64,000 bases of DNA. Origin: Azolla caroliniana. Its lineage: Eukaryota > Plantae > Polypodiophyta. This document shows, piece after piece, positions 49,721 to 63,336 of this stretch. The translations under genes and the position numbers were made by a program. The notes beneath the pieces were generated by a model. That model saw only the letters and a program-made list of their open reading frames with translations. It was not told where the DNA came from and made no database searches. Every line of letters starts with the position of its first letter. Positions within the stretch are counted from its first letter, which is position 1. Location: the NCBI GenBank assembly GCA_043228905.1, contig JBHGNT010000010.1:20212001-20276000 (forward strand), given 5' to 3'.

Positions 49721-52700
49721 ATTCAATGTTCATCAAGTTGAGGGATTGCATGTGTTATTTTAGAGGCATCTAAGAGAGTATTAGAAACATACTTTATATA
49801 GATGGTCCTTGCTCTTTAAACTTGAATAACACATGACAATGTTCTTCAAGTTGGATGTTTCAAAGGAGAGGAATGCAATCCATATAAAGTCATTAGATGG
49901 TTGCAGAGGTAAGTGAAGGTGCAAAATCATTAAGTGAGGGAATAGTTTTGCTAGGATATTCAAAAAATAAAGAGCAAAAGGAGACTAATGATACGAATAT
50001 TCCGTTGAGGGAAATAATTGCATTACCTTTGTCGCATTGTCATCCAAACTAAAACTTTGTTTTCCTAATCTCTTGAAAATACATTTAGTGAGCTGATCTC
50101 ACATTTGTCTCCTTCTCTCTATCGTGATCTCGTGGCATGTAAAGGAACTAGCCCATTCTTATATTACTCTAATACTCTCACAGAATAGGTACAAATAATG
50201 GGCAACATCCAAGTGTCAAGGAAAGAAAATAAAGAAAATATGTCTAAAAACTAAAGGTTCTCAGCCAACGTTTCTGACAAATATTGGCTCACATGTTTGG
50301 ATAAAGTTGAGATTAGAGCCTCAAATCCACGCCATAAAAGCGTACGATGAAAGTACAATTTTGGAAACCATTGAGGTGTGATATGTGTAATGTCCTTGAG
50401 GTAATCAACCTTGAGCATTTAGTTGGGCATAGTCTATGACATTATCCATAGATTCCTCGTAGTTAGTATTGGAAGAGTAACCCTTCTATTCGATTATCCA
50501 AATATTAAAGGGACACCATTGAACCTATGATCTCTTGGGTATTACCATGGAAGATTTCATAGTTTTTGGGTGATTAATGAATAAAGCGAGGTTTGTTGAG
50601 TTGTATGCACAATGACAGAGATAGATTACATTGCATTAGACGAGTATGTGTGACATCCCTTTATACATGAACTCGTTTATTTGTGTACCTTCGTGCAATA
50701 TCGTTTATCATGGTGACAATTGTGATGAAGTTGATTGTTCCATCCTTGATTATTATTTCAACATGAATTGGTCAATTATCATTTCCTTGACTTGGCATTG
50801 TTATTTCCCACCAAATAAAGAATAATGTACATTGCTCGATAGCTTGGAGATTATATTAAATAGTTGGTCCCATGCAGGTGTGTTATGGAAATTGTATTGA
50901 ACAAGTTTTCATCTTGGTGGCAACATTTGTAGATATTGACAATCAAGTCTCATCCAAGTATTGATGTGCGGTTTCATAACCTTCTTTTATTCTCATATTC
51001 TAAAAATTGCAGAATTTGGTGGTGCAACAACTTGATTGGTGCTAAAGCAAAGTAAAATGTCTTTCCAATCTCAAAGATCATATTCTCGATTGATTCAAAT
51101 TGGCATTCTCGAGTTAGATTGCAATGCAACTAGTTCTTCGACAGTCTAAGGTTACTCCCATTTATTCTTTGATTACTTTTTGGATGTATATTGTTCACTT
51201 TGAGATTATGTGAATCCCCAAAAGACTTTCCAGTTTATCCTCGTCTTGAGATACAATGAGAACAACGTTTGTCTGAAATCTTTTTGCACCTTTAGGTTGC
51301 CAAAATGAACTTGCAATGTTATCGTAGGAGAAAAATGTTAAGTTAATTATTATTGAAGTTGCATCACACCAACTAATTCAGATGACGTCAACCCCCACTT
51401 TAATATTTACCATGGGATTATACATATGCATTGGTTTTCCTCCTTCCCATGACCAAATAGGTGGCTAGTGGTAGGAGCAAGCAAAACTGAGGAAATATTT
51501 GATTATGAGTTATCAATCCCCCACGTATATATCTCCATATACACAAACTAGACATGTTGAATTGATCTCCCTTAGCTTTTCATTAATGTTGTGATGAACT
51601 TATTGGTGCTAATGTTGCCCACTTTTTAGTTCGTTCAATTGTAGAAGGCTCAAGGGCTCCTCGAGTTTAATGAACATTTGTCATTAACACACACCTAATC
51701 ATTGCACCAAATTATAAATATATATCAAATTATCTCACGTACATAGATCATTATTGTGTTACAAGCATACAAGGCATCTTAATTTAATAAACAATGGTTA
51801 AGTAAATAACATGTATATATCAATTATTTAGCATAGAAAAGTTGGAGGAAAGTATATCTCTATGGGCGTGGAGGGGAGAGAAGAGGAACAAAATGTAGCC
51901 CCGACGTCGAGGGAAAGGGCGCTCTCTCGATTGAATATATAATTACTTGATAATAAACGTATGAGGTGTTAAATAGATCATCGTCAAGCATATCTCAATT
52001 AATTAGCATAGAAATGGCACGTAGAGGATAGTAACTCTAGTGGACACAAAGGGGAGAAAACGATGATCAAAAGTTAGCCCAAACGTTGGGGCACCCAAAG
52101 GCCCCTTTTACACAATAACATCTTCCCTTCAAAACAAATTGGTAACCCCAAAGGGCCCCTTTCACATTACAAACCCGTTGGGCATTTAGCCATTGCCACC
52201 TAATAAATGAAAATTCCCCTCAAATTATTTCATGAGCAAGTTTATTGTATGCGAATTCCACTTATAACCAATAATCTGATTGGAAATATTATACCTCATC
52301 AGGAGATTAAGATCAAATAATGCGATGTTATTTCCCTTAACTAAACTGTAGTTGTCATTGTAATATGCAACACTAGTTCTTGGATTACATTTTTTGTTTT
52401 GGAGATAAATTCCCAATAGGAAACCTTTAGATGAGAAAAAACCCCTAAAAAACCTATGAACTTTCAAAACTCTGAAGCACTCCAAATAAAAAACCTTTAG
52501 GTGAAGTGTTCACACAATGATGTTAACAAATAAAAAACAATCATAAACAGATTTTTTGAGAAAGGACTCGCAAAAACAAAAGTTAGCAATAGGCGGTGCC
52601 CAAATACAACGTGGTTCCAAGTTACCCAAATGCCCAAATTTGAGTCAATTGGAAAAGCCAACTCCTCTTGCAATCAATGATGAAGAAGGTCAACCAACCA

Positions 52701-53776
52701 AACCAAAAATCCAAAATGGATGTTTGGAATCTTGAGTCGGAGTATCACCTTTAAGTTTGCAAATAAAAGTCTATAGGAAATGGAGTCACGTCTCAAAGAA
52801 ATGGAATGACTAATTCTCCTTTTCTCAATTGAGAATCCAAATATAAGTATATCCAACAACACCCTTTGTTTTAAGTGGCAAAATTGATTTCTAAAGTGTA
52901 ACAAGTTTATAGTTATTAGATTATGATATATTATCAAACTCCCCAACAACATAAATGTTTAGACTTCACCTATAATTGTATCCATGATCCAGGTAAGTCT
53001 TATATACCATCGTCTATCTATAGAGGATTGGAAAAATAAGAAAACATATTGTGTGCATTTGTGAATGCGGTGTGTGACTAGTTATATAAATATTGACACA
53101 CTTACGACCAATAATAATGTTATCATGAGACACCCTTCTAGTAATGTGGTGTTTGAGAACATTGAAAAGAATAATAGTGATGGAATGTGGAGTAAGATGC
53201 TTAGATCATTGTGCATGGAATATCTAAGTAATGCATGTGGCCATCATGGTGATGTATAGTGGAATTTAGAGTAGCCTCAAACGAACTCACGAGAATTGTA
53301 AGCCATTTATTTGACAATGTAGTACTTAAAAGCACTAATGAAAGTTGTCTAATGGAATATCACGTACTACTGTTGAACAATCATGCATAGAATATCCAAA
53401 TGATGAATTAGACAATTGATTAATCTAACAATGAATGTCGAGTTGTGGCTCGATGCAATCATACAAAAATGTGAAATTTGTTGCATCATACAATTGATGT
53501 TGTCATATAATTGGATGTCAAGTACTAGGTCAAGGCAACCACAGAATGATGATATAAATGACATATTTACTATGTGGTGCTCAAAAGCAATCGAGAAAGT
53601 TGTCCGGTGACGTCAAATAATATCGCAAATCATGCATGCATTGCCAAACAGATGTATCATTGAGCCATCAAATTTCCATATTATGTATGGGAAGTCAAGC
53701 AGTAAGCTCAAAATTTATACAAGGATTCTACCGGACTTATAAGACAAAAAAAAACTTCATAATGAATGAAATGAAT

Positions 53777-54362
53777 AGCCTCAGACAATCGTACAAGGAT
53801 TATCTAAGTAGCTTAATAGACAAACCAAATCATATGCCAAATAATTGTCTTAGGCAATCATAGAACGATTTTTTTGTGCGATCATCACACAATGGCATCA
53901 TCCTCAGACAATGCACAAGTTATGTTGTCATAATAAACAACCATCATACAATGGAATGACGAAGGAGCCCATAAACACTCATACAATGAACTTGAAGCAA
54001 TAACCTCAATGAATCAACCATATGCATGGACGGCTTATCAGGCACCCAAAATCATCATCTACAAGGAAGATCTAAGCAACTTAATAGAGCCTCAAACAAT
54101 CGTACAAGGACTATCTAAACAACTTAATAGACAACCAAATCATATGCCAAACAATTGTCTTAGGCAATCAAAGAAGGATTTTTTTTGTGCGATCATCACA
54201 TAATGGCATCATCCTTAGACATTTTTTTGTGTCTTATCATTATAAACGATCATCATACAAATGGAACGACAAAAGGAGTCCATAAACACTCATACAATGA
54301 ACTTGAAGCAATAAGCTTGATGAATCAACCATATACATGGACGACTTATCACAACACCCAAA
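53777..54362. repeat. Diverged ~310-bp tandem duplication
   Basis: agcctca(g/a)acaatcgtacaagga..accaaatcatatgccaaa..ttgtcttaggcaatca..tgtgcgatcatcaca..cataaacactcatacaatgaacttgaagcaataa at 53777 and at 54088. Confidence 0.88.
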
Positions 54363-55038
54363 AGCATATCTACAGAATGTAAAGCAAGCTAGACAAACAT
54401 ACATTATTGTCGAACAAATCACAATACTCATTGTCATGGTATGTAGACTTGAATCTGGGGCCGAAATGGAACCGATGATGAAGTCTGTGTAGCGAGAGGT
54501 TCGTGATGAATTAATTAATTTACCCTTATGTGAATGAATGTTGTCCATGGGGTTCCTTCACATTAGGTTGAAAAGGGACCGTTTACACCGAATGAGGATG
54601 GGTCAGAATGAAGAGAGAGAAAGAGAGAGGGGTCTACTTCCCTCCTCCATATTCTCTCTCCTCCCCTGTTTCTCTTTCTCTCCAAAATCCACACCAATTT
54701 GCATGAAAGCGGAAGGTCAAAGAACATCATAAGCCATCAGATTTGACAGAAATTTTTATGGATTAGGCGGGAAAACCCAACTGCCCAACAATGATGCACA
54801 CCTGATACACATGTTCATACATATGAGAGAGAGTGTGATACACGATTCTTCATCGTTAGAGAGAGAGAGAGAAGAAAAGAGTGTTAAAGAAGGAAGATTT
54901 CGTTGTCTTCAGAAAGAGTTTCTTTGAAGGAGTTACTTAGCTCATCAATTCAATCATTTTTGGCATCATTGTGGGCTCTTCTTCTTCGTTCTTTGTTCTT
55001 CTGTTGTCAGCCTATAGGCTCTTCTTCATCTTGTGGAG

Positions 55039-56074
55039 GTAAGTGTTTCTTATTTCTTCTTTGTATGATGTTTCCTTTATCTTTGTAACAAAATTACATA
55101 CCATGTCATATCTATAGTATTCTGATCTTCATAGCAAAATTGCATACCGTGTTATTTCTATAATATTTTGACATTTAAAATAAAATTGCATAAACTACTC
55201 ATTCAATATGCGACCCGAGTCAAGCCAACCCTTGAGATAGCCCAGTCATCATTTGGGCCGGCCTTGTGGCCACATGTATGAATAGCTGTGGCATAATTTG
55301 GACATGAACATTGTCCATGCTCAAATCTTAGAATGTAAACTTATGCTTAACTTAACAATGCATCTAGTGTGTGTTTAGGAGTTAAATTGAGGTAGAGAGA
55401 TGCTAATCATCATTAGGTATGAAACAAGTATGTGGATTTATTGTCTGGGCACATGGAGATTTTGTTTAATATAAAAAACTAGCTGCCCTTGCGCATCCAA
55501 AATGCAAAGAGGGTAAAATAAATTAGATATTGGTAAACAGCAAGCGGGCAACCTTATGGTGTGGGCATGGACATTGACCATGTGCAATTCCTAAGGTTTA
55601 GATTTATATAGAGATAGGAACAATACATCTGGTTTCAATAACTATCTTCTGGATACTAACATTGTCTATGTGCAGTTACTAATGTTTAGAGTTATGGAAA
55701 AGGCTATATTTGGCCTCATCCTGTCTTCTCCTCATCCCATTCACTGCATGAATGGATCCACTCTCTTGTGGTGGAAGAGCTCGTCTATGGATAATGCTAG
55801 AGACCTACCTGCATAGTATGGGATGCAGGAAAAGATGCTGTCTGGTCTCAGTAGTATAGGATGTGGAAGAGAGTACAATTATGTCAACTTGGGGGATCAG
55901 TTGGGTTGGAGAGTCATTACTCTACCATTAGTATTAATCGTTGATTAATTGATTTTAACTACATGATTGGAAGAACAACTCATATTGTGTAATGCATGAA
56001 TATCATTGTTTATTGCAATCCACAAGGATGAATCTTACAATCATGAATGGTGTAATATTCCATTTGAAAGACAG
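55039..56074 (+). other. Putative 5'-UTR intron of the WAC-DDT gene
   Basis: Strong donor GAG|GTAAGT at 55039 after a CT/GA-rich leader-like stretch (~54860-55038), and an acceptor CAG at 56072-56074, 54 nt before the ATG. No transcript evidence. Confidence 0.45.
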
Positions 56075-56128
56075 TTCTCCAGAGTAAAAGAAAGCCAGGA
56101 AAAATTGCACACAGCATAACTCGGCCAT

Positions 56129-59100
56129 ATGCCGCTTCTCAAGAGGAAACCGTATGAGCTCAGCAATCCACCAGATGATTTAAATCCGAAGGATCTTGTA
56201 TTTCAAGTGCGCATAACCAAGGAAATATTCAAAGATTATCAGTATCCTATAGATATGTTTGCATATACATTACTTTTTATATGTTTAAATTGTAAAATGA
56301 TATGACAAAAGAATTATATTTGGGTGTTGATATCTCCTGCACTCAGATTGATTGGCTCAATATGATTTGTTTCAATAATATCATAGTCCTTGACACTTCA
56401 TCCAGAGAATATGTGAATCGTATAAATTTATATCGCCAAAGAGTGTGGACGTGCAAGTATACAGGTAAGATCAACTTGACATATGAGGAAGCTCTTCTGT
56501 CAGAGGTGAAAGCGACAGAAAAGGTTCAACAATTTCCCAAAGAATTCATGGGACCTGTGCTCCGTCTTGTTCAATTCAGTAAGTGTTACTTAAGGTCATG
56601 CTATTTTGGAAATGTTTATTATGATTTGAGTGATCTGTGAGCTCTTTCATGTGTAGCAGAATCAAGGGAATTAATCATTTACTAGATTGTTTTTCAAGGT
56701 CTCAGATTTGGTCAATTAAAGTACATGATTGTGAATATATAAAAAAGGAATGATCTCGAGTAGATCATATGAGTTGTAAGAGACTAATTATGATACATTA
56801 TTACTGGACCATATTTTTTCATATCTTTTATATTGTTTAGAGAGGAGGAAAGAGAAGTTGTATCATGGAGGATGAGAGGGAATAACCACTGTAAAAAACT
56901 AAAAGAAAAGCCTATATAAAAAAACAAGCAGAAATTTGCAAGGAGGGGGAGGGTTAGACTCTGGTAGGAGGATGGGAAGAAAAGGCAGCATAAAATGGAA
57001 CCGATCTCAAAAGAAAAATATTTGAAATAACAAAATGTGTGGGGAAGTGTTGCCCCCTGCACTATGAGGTGGAACCATGAATGATTTAGAATCCGTCATC
57101 CTGTCTGACAATTCAACATATGGTTACAATATTTATGAATTATAGAGAAAATATCAGTAACCTTTGAATTCCCAGTCTTGGAATTGTGATGAGAGAAAAT
57201 ATCACATAGCTTTCTGGTGCTTCTTGCACATTTTGGTTAACTTCGAATGTTAGTATATGGAAGTAAGTTGATAACAAAAAATATTTGTTTGATTTTATGA
57301 ATCTGGAAGAGTTTTCGATGTTCATTTTGTATTACTCTGTACATGAGATGTTTTATTATAAATTTGTAGATATATATCATTTAGAACATTTTGAAGTCAC
57401 AAATTTAATGATCTAAATCTTGGTATGTATGTTCGTATATAGTTTCAAGGTTGCGTTTCTCCATTCCTAAGAATGTTAGAACTCTGTTCATACAATCTCT
57501 TAAAGTTTGTGTTTCAGAAACAACATTTTTTGCCTTCAATTTGTACAGAGGGAGTTTCCTCAAGGAGGATGTTGATTTTAAACATATAGATATCATGCTT
57601 GCACACGAATTTTCCTCACCAAAAATATGAAAAAATTGACAATTTGTCCACTGGTGCAGTTTATGTGTTCAATCCTAAGTTCATATATCCTCTAATGATA
57701 GGAGCTAATAAATATCACAAAATTGCATGTGCTGAAATTTTCTCAAGAGTTTTGATCCAACTAATTATAGTTTGTTTCTCTTTATCCTGCCTCTGCCCTT
57801 GAATTGGGTTCATTCATAGTAGTCTATTCCTCTCGAAATGGTCTGTTTTGTATCTATTTATTTATTGATTTCTTATATACGTGGAAGTTTTTATGTATAC
57901 AATCCTTGGAGGTTTTTATGTTTACAGGTATGGTTCGCCTTGATGAGCTTGTGAGTGCCATACTGAAAAACTTTAAGGACCGATTTGTTGTTGACGAAGA
58001 GGTGCTTTGTGTTAAAGAAAGTGTGACAAAGCCATGTAGGATTGTAGCTGTGTATGAGAATCCTGAAGATGGCATTCATAGCTACCTCGTAGTTTGGCTT
58101 GATAATGACAAAAATCTGATTGGCAGCTCTCTTGAGGAAGCAAAAAACTTGGTCAGGAGAAAAGTACCTCCCTTCACTAGGGGCCTTTTGAAGTCCTTTA
58201 TTAGGGAATCTGTGAAAAATAATGCATCAAGAAACTCCCTAACACCATTAGTGGTTCTTGAAAGCCTGTGTCATAAGCATGGCATAACAACAAACCCTCC
58301 TGAAGAGCTGAAGAAGTTCTTCAACAAACAGGAGGTGAACAAAAAAGAATCAAATGGAGTCAATAAGAGATCACTGGTAAGCTGTGTTTTCAAATACTCT
58401 TTAACATTTCAAACCATCAAAAGACTTAGTCGGTGAATGATTAATACTGATTACTTATGTTATAACAAAGTCAGAGAAATAAATGCACGATTTATGGAGT
58501 TTTCTATCAGGGTAAAGTTTAAAACCCTGGATTTTGCTGTCATACATGTGGTCTTTGAACAGGCTTGTTATTGCAGGTAGAAGTTATGGAAGCAGAAATT
58601 AATTTGAACAAAAAACCAAAAATGATGGATACAGAGCTTTGCAATGGAGAAAATACACACCAGAAAGGTAAAATTATGATTCAGGACACTAAGACAAAAA
58701 CTGAGACAACACAAGACAATAAGAGTAAAGATAATATAGCTCAGCAGGGTAAGAGCAAATCCAAGAAATCACATGAAGTCAAGAAGGCAAATACCAAGAC
58801 AATTGGAGAGGACGAGAGCCAAGCTAAAACACAACAAGATAAGAAGGATAAGACAGTTCGGGGGAATAAAAGCAACGCTAAGACACCTCAAGTCAGTAAC
58901 AAGAAGGAGAAGATGGTTCAGCGGGATAAAAGAAAAGCTGAGACACTTCAAGAGGATAACAAGAAAGAGAAGATAGTTCAGGGGGATAAGATCAAAGTTG
59001 AGACACCTCAAGAAGATAAGAATAAGGCAAAGACAACAATCCTGAAGGATGGGAATGAAGCTAACAATGGTAAGTCGAGTGAATTTCATCCTGTTTTCAG

Positions 59101-61637
59101 GACATTTGCAACAAGTATTGGCAATTTTCTTTTGTCCTATGGGTGTGAATCTCAATTTGTGGAGTGCGGAGGTGGGACTTTGACCCTGGATTCTATGGTT
59201 TATAGGCCATGGGACCCCAAACCACTAGGCTAACCCGTCCTTAATGAAATGTTTTATATGTTTTTTTGCTGATTATCATTATGTTTTCATCTATACAGGA
59301 CCAGTAGCAAAAGTAGTACCCATCAAGTATCCGATTGAGGATTCTCTTGTACAATCATCACCTGACGATCCCCTATTACCGAACAAGCCAGTTCCTCTGT
59401 CTGATTTCCCTCTTCCGATGGATTGTACTGGGCGATTACTTATGGTTTGGAATTTTTGCACTTTGTTTGGGAAGGTTATCAGGCTATCTCCATTTCCTTT
59501 AGATGAATTGGCAAAAGCTTTAGACTGTAAAGACAAAGACCACATATTACTGAAGGAAGCTCACCATGCTCTGATCAAGTTGATTTTGAGTGACCCTGCA
59601 ATTAATGAGGATGTCCAAGAGATACGGAATCCTAAAGCGAAAGTAAATCTCTCCTGCACAGATTAAATATAATGCTTATATATGTGCTATCCAATAGGGA
59701 CTCAATTCTTTATTTTATTTTATTAATTAGGTGACAATTGACACATGGAAAGATGACTATTGTGATCTTTCCAAGCTTGAGGGATTTAAGTCTTTAGTGG
59801 AGCATTCCACGACAATTAATGATGGAAATTATATGTTGTTGGAGCCATCTATAAAGTTGGACATTCTATGTGGGTTGGTTGATTGTGCTCTGAGTTCTTC
59901 TGGCATTAGAGAGCAGTTAGATATTTATATAGAGGAAAAGCAAGCTATTGCATCCCAGAAAAGGAAGGAAGAAATGGAGTCGTCAAAGATGGAAAAGGAG
60001 GCACAAGAAAAATTGAAACAGCAGGGGCAGAATACAGAGGTGTCTGTGATGCAATTGCCTGTGCACGAATATGACCCAAGAGTAGCTGAGGATGTAAAGA
60101 ATGAATGCAGTGAAGAAAGTATCTCCGAAGATGGCATGGACAATGAAGAATCCAACTTAGAGAAGAATAGCATGCATTTTGGTGGTTTGTCGAATGGAAC
60201 ACAAGACAATGGGTATGTGAGTTGTGTATGCATTTCATAACTCGATACTTTAATATGTATTTCAGTACACTACTACTCCATTATCCTTGAATCACCATCA
60301 TCTCTATATTAATGATAAGTATGTGCACCAGCAATGCTGAGGAAATTTCGGCGGCCTCAGCTCGCTCAAGACAGCGCATACTCAAGATTCGGGCTGAGTT
60401 GAAACAAGCTGAGGAGAGTGTGAAGGAAAGGAAGAGGATTGAAGAGCAGAGGAAGCTTCAAGAAGTTCGGAAGGCAAAGCTGGTAGCTGTGAAAGAGCGC
60501 AAACTACAAGAGAGGAAGATTATTGAATTACACAAAAGGGTAAAGTAACCACATGAAATCACTTTATAAAATTTGCTGCATTTTGGAGAAAAAAAATAAA
60601 AAAATAAAAAAGCTGCAATTATCATGATTGCTTCAATGGTATCTGCTGATTCAAGTTTTTATGTCACAGCAAGAACATCTTGACCGGGAGATTGAAAAAC
60701 GGGTAATACGAACAAATCCACTAGGAAGAGATAAAGACCATAATCGATATTGGTTCTTCCCTAGGGATGGACGAATATTCGTGGAAGATGAGAAATCGAC
60801 GACTTGGGGATATTATGCTGCTAAAGAAGAGGTTTACTTTGTTATTGGACAGATTCTCCTTTTCTTTGCTACTCTTAATCATGGCTCACTTTGCAAGTAT
60901 TGACTGATTTTGCTTATAGCTAGAGGCGTTGCTCCGTTCCCTGAACACGAAGGGCATAAGGGAAAGGGCTTTGCAAAGGCAGCTCGAGAAACACTATGGT
61001 AAAATAAGGTATGATGGATGTATGTGCTTGAGTTAACCCCAAAATAGGTATTGCACCACTTAATACAAAAAAAAACCTTCAATTTTTGGTATAATACGGA
61101 AAGGATTCCTGAAAGTTTTAGAGATATAAAATTATATTTTTAATTATTGATTCTAAGCCTTTGATCCATCCATTAACTTATATGAAGGCTACTAAAACTT
61201 CAATGGAAACTTTTTATGTTAAATCCAAAATAAAGAGCATTTTTGGAATTTCCTACATCAAAGTCTAGTTTTCACTATCCAATCAAGACACATACACGCA
61301 CGTGCACACACACATGCATACATATGTACAACACACACACCCCTATAGTATGAGCATTTTCGAAAACTGCTCATAAAAGATACTACTATCCAGTCGGGAT
61401 ATATATCCTTTAGACAAGTTAAGAAACTGCAACTGTATGCTTAATTCTTCCATACTGAAATAACATTCCTTATATGGTTTGGTTTTGTATGGCAACATCA
61501 GTGATTCTTTTCAGAAGCGAAGTAAGGAAATTGCGCAAAGGGTTACTTTGGATGATACATCAATACGCAGATCATCGAGGGGCAAAACCATATCGCAGCA
61601 AACAGAATACTCTTATAAAAACAAGTACAGAAACTAA
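56129..61637 (+). CDS. WAC + DDT + WHIM/WSD domain protein (DDW1-like, ACF1/BAZ1-type ISWI partner), 10 coding exons, ~882 aa
   Basis: Exons 56129-56241, 56406-56578, 57928-58376, 58577-59069, 59299-59642, 59731-60212, 60332-60539, 60670-60831, 60920-61008, 61502-61637 (2649 nt, in frame). WAC: MPLLKRKP..VFQVRITKEIFKDYQEYVNRINLYRQRVWTCKYTGKINLTYEEALLSE. DDT: GRLLMVWNFCTLFGKVIRLSPFPLDEL. WHIM1: Y..LEPSIKLDILCGLVD. WSD: PLGRDKDHNRYWFF..LLRSLNTKGIRERALQRQL. Confidence 0.93.
56242..56405 (+). other. U12-type (minor spliceosome) GT-AG intron
   Basis: 5' splice site GTATCCTAT, branch site TCCTTGAC at 56388-56394 about 10 nt before the CAG, and no real polypyrimidine tract. Removing it restores the WAC frame (DYQ|EYVNR). 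Confidence 0.9.
58830..59040 (+). repeat. Coding 60-bp (20-aa) Lys-rich tandem repeat in WAC-DDT exon 4
   Basis: Lines starting at 58861, 58921 and 58981 align with period 60; peptide units resemble QEDNKKEKIVQGDKIKVETP. Confidence 0.85.
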
Positions 61638-62863
61638 TAGAGATATTTCTTTCTATGTACTCATCAATTTTTGCCGAGCTCCCTCCATGAGGGGAGGATC
61701 TTCTCTCTATACATTATGGAGGGTATGATGTGGTGTTTCATTTAGCCTCGCAAAAAAAAGATAATAGCTCTTTGAAATTTGGAGGCTAAGCAGTAAAGAT
61801 CACTGGTGTAGGCCCTCTCATTTTCCATTTCTCTTGTGCCTCATTGAAGAAGCATTTTCCCCTTTGTGGAAAGAAATATATACATCGAGATATAGATACC
61901 ATCCCTCTGATGTGAGGTTTTTATAGAAGGTCCGGATATATATGATGTGTGTGATGGGATACTTCAAACACTTGACTTTACATTCTTACACATGTCATCA
62001 TTTACATATAAATTATTTTATTTTTGCAAAAAAGAAATTAAATATGTTCTTATTTCATTTTATCATATGCGAATGGGGATATCATTGTATGTACGTCAAA
62101 GTGTTATAGTGGAATATATGACCCTTTAAAATATCAACAAAAGAACAAAAAGAAGATAGTTATTACTGCTTTCAGGGATTGTAAAAATGCATCATTTTTG
62201 AGGAGATATGTGACCATGGCCTATAAACAATTTTGCTCCAGCCAAATGGGTATTTAATCCAGTTCAATGGTTATTCGTTTGCCGAAAAATTGATCAAATT
62301 ATAAGGCATCATCCTTGCTGGGAGATTTGCAAATCAGAAAGATATTGAAGAAATCAGAGTACTTTAAGTCCATAAATTTCCCATTTGCTGTCCTAAGAAA
62401 ATATTATTCTAGTTCATAATCTAACCATTCTTGGCAAAAACCAAAAGTTGTGTTTTGGTTTTGCAATAAATAATCTAATTCCATTTTTTATATCATGAAG
62501 ACTTTTATACAGCCATTCTGTGATATAAATAAAGCCATTGGGCCACATTTAGAACGAGAATGTTACTCATACAGAATGCAGCATTTACTCTCATAACAGA
62601 TTTTTGTCATGGTCCACGTTTTTTCAATGAAGTGTCTTAAACTTTTACTGTTGAAGATCCATTGATAATAATGCAGAGATTATGCTTCATGGCATTGCCT
62701 GGTTCATCAAGATTGGATTTTCAACTACTTAGCAAGAGCTGAGTCTTTAGACAGAATTGAAGAATGAATCAAAACTTTAGATGCTGGTCTAACTTTTCGA
62801 ATGCAAGGGACTCTAGATTGACAATTGCAGATATTAGTACGAGAATAACCTGCCCAACTTAAA

Positions 62864-63336
62864 CCACTAAAACTGTTCTGCAGTCAAAACTCTTGGATTG
62901 GTGTTTGAGAACTGAGTACATGAAATTCTTGGCCTAAGAGCTTGCATGACACAAGAAACATCATTTTGAAGGGGAGGGCATCATGTCTATGGCTGTACAT
63001 GCACTACCGAATATGGCCTTAAATCATCACCTTGATTTGGGTATTGCCCCTGTACATTCATTCCTATTAATTCAAGGAAAGAGGATATCGAGTTCTATAT
63101 TGCTTATTTAAATTGACCATTCAACAGGCATCACTAAAAAGTGTTCTGCGGTCAAAACTCTTCCTTAAGTTTGAGAACTGATTAAATGAAATTCTTGCTC
63201 TAAGTGCCATGCATGGCACAAGTAACATACATTTTGAAGGTGGACCATCATGTATACGGCTGTACATGCTCCACCATGTATGGCCTTAAATCATCGCCTT
63301 CATTTGGGCAGTGCGCCTGTAGATTCGTTCCAATTA
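62864..63336. repeat. Diverged duplication of the stop-codon region and proximal 3' UTR of the MA3 gene
   Basis: 62864-63068 matches 63132-63336: cactaaaa..tgttctgc.gtcaaaactctt..tttgagaactga..atgaaattcttg..cattttgaagg..ggctgtacatgc..tatggccttaaatcatc.cctt.atttggg. Confidence 0.85.
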
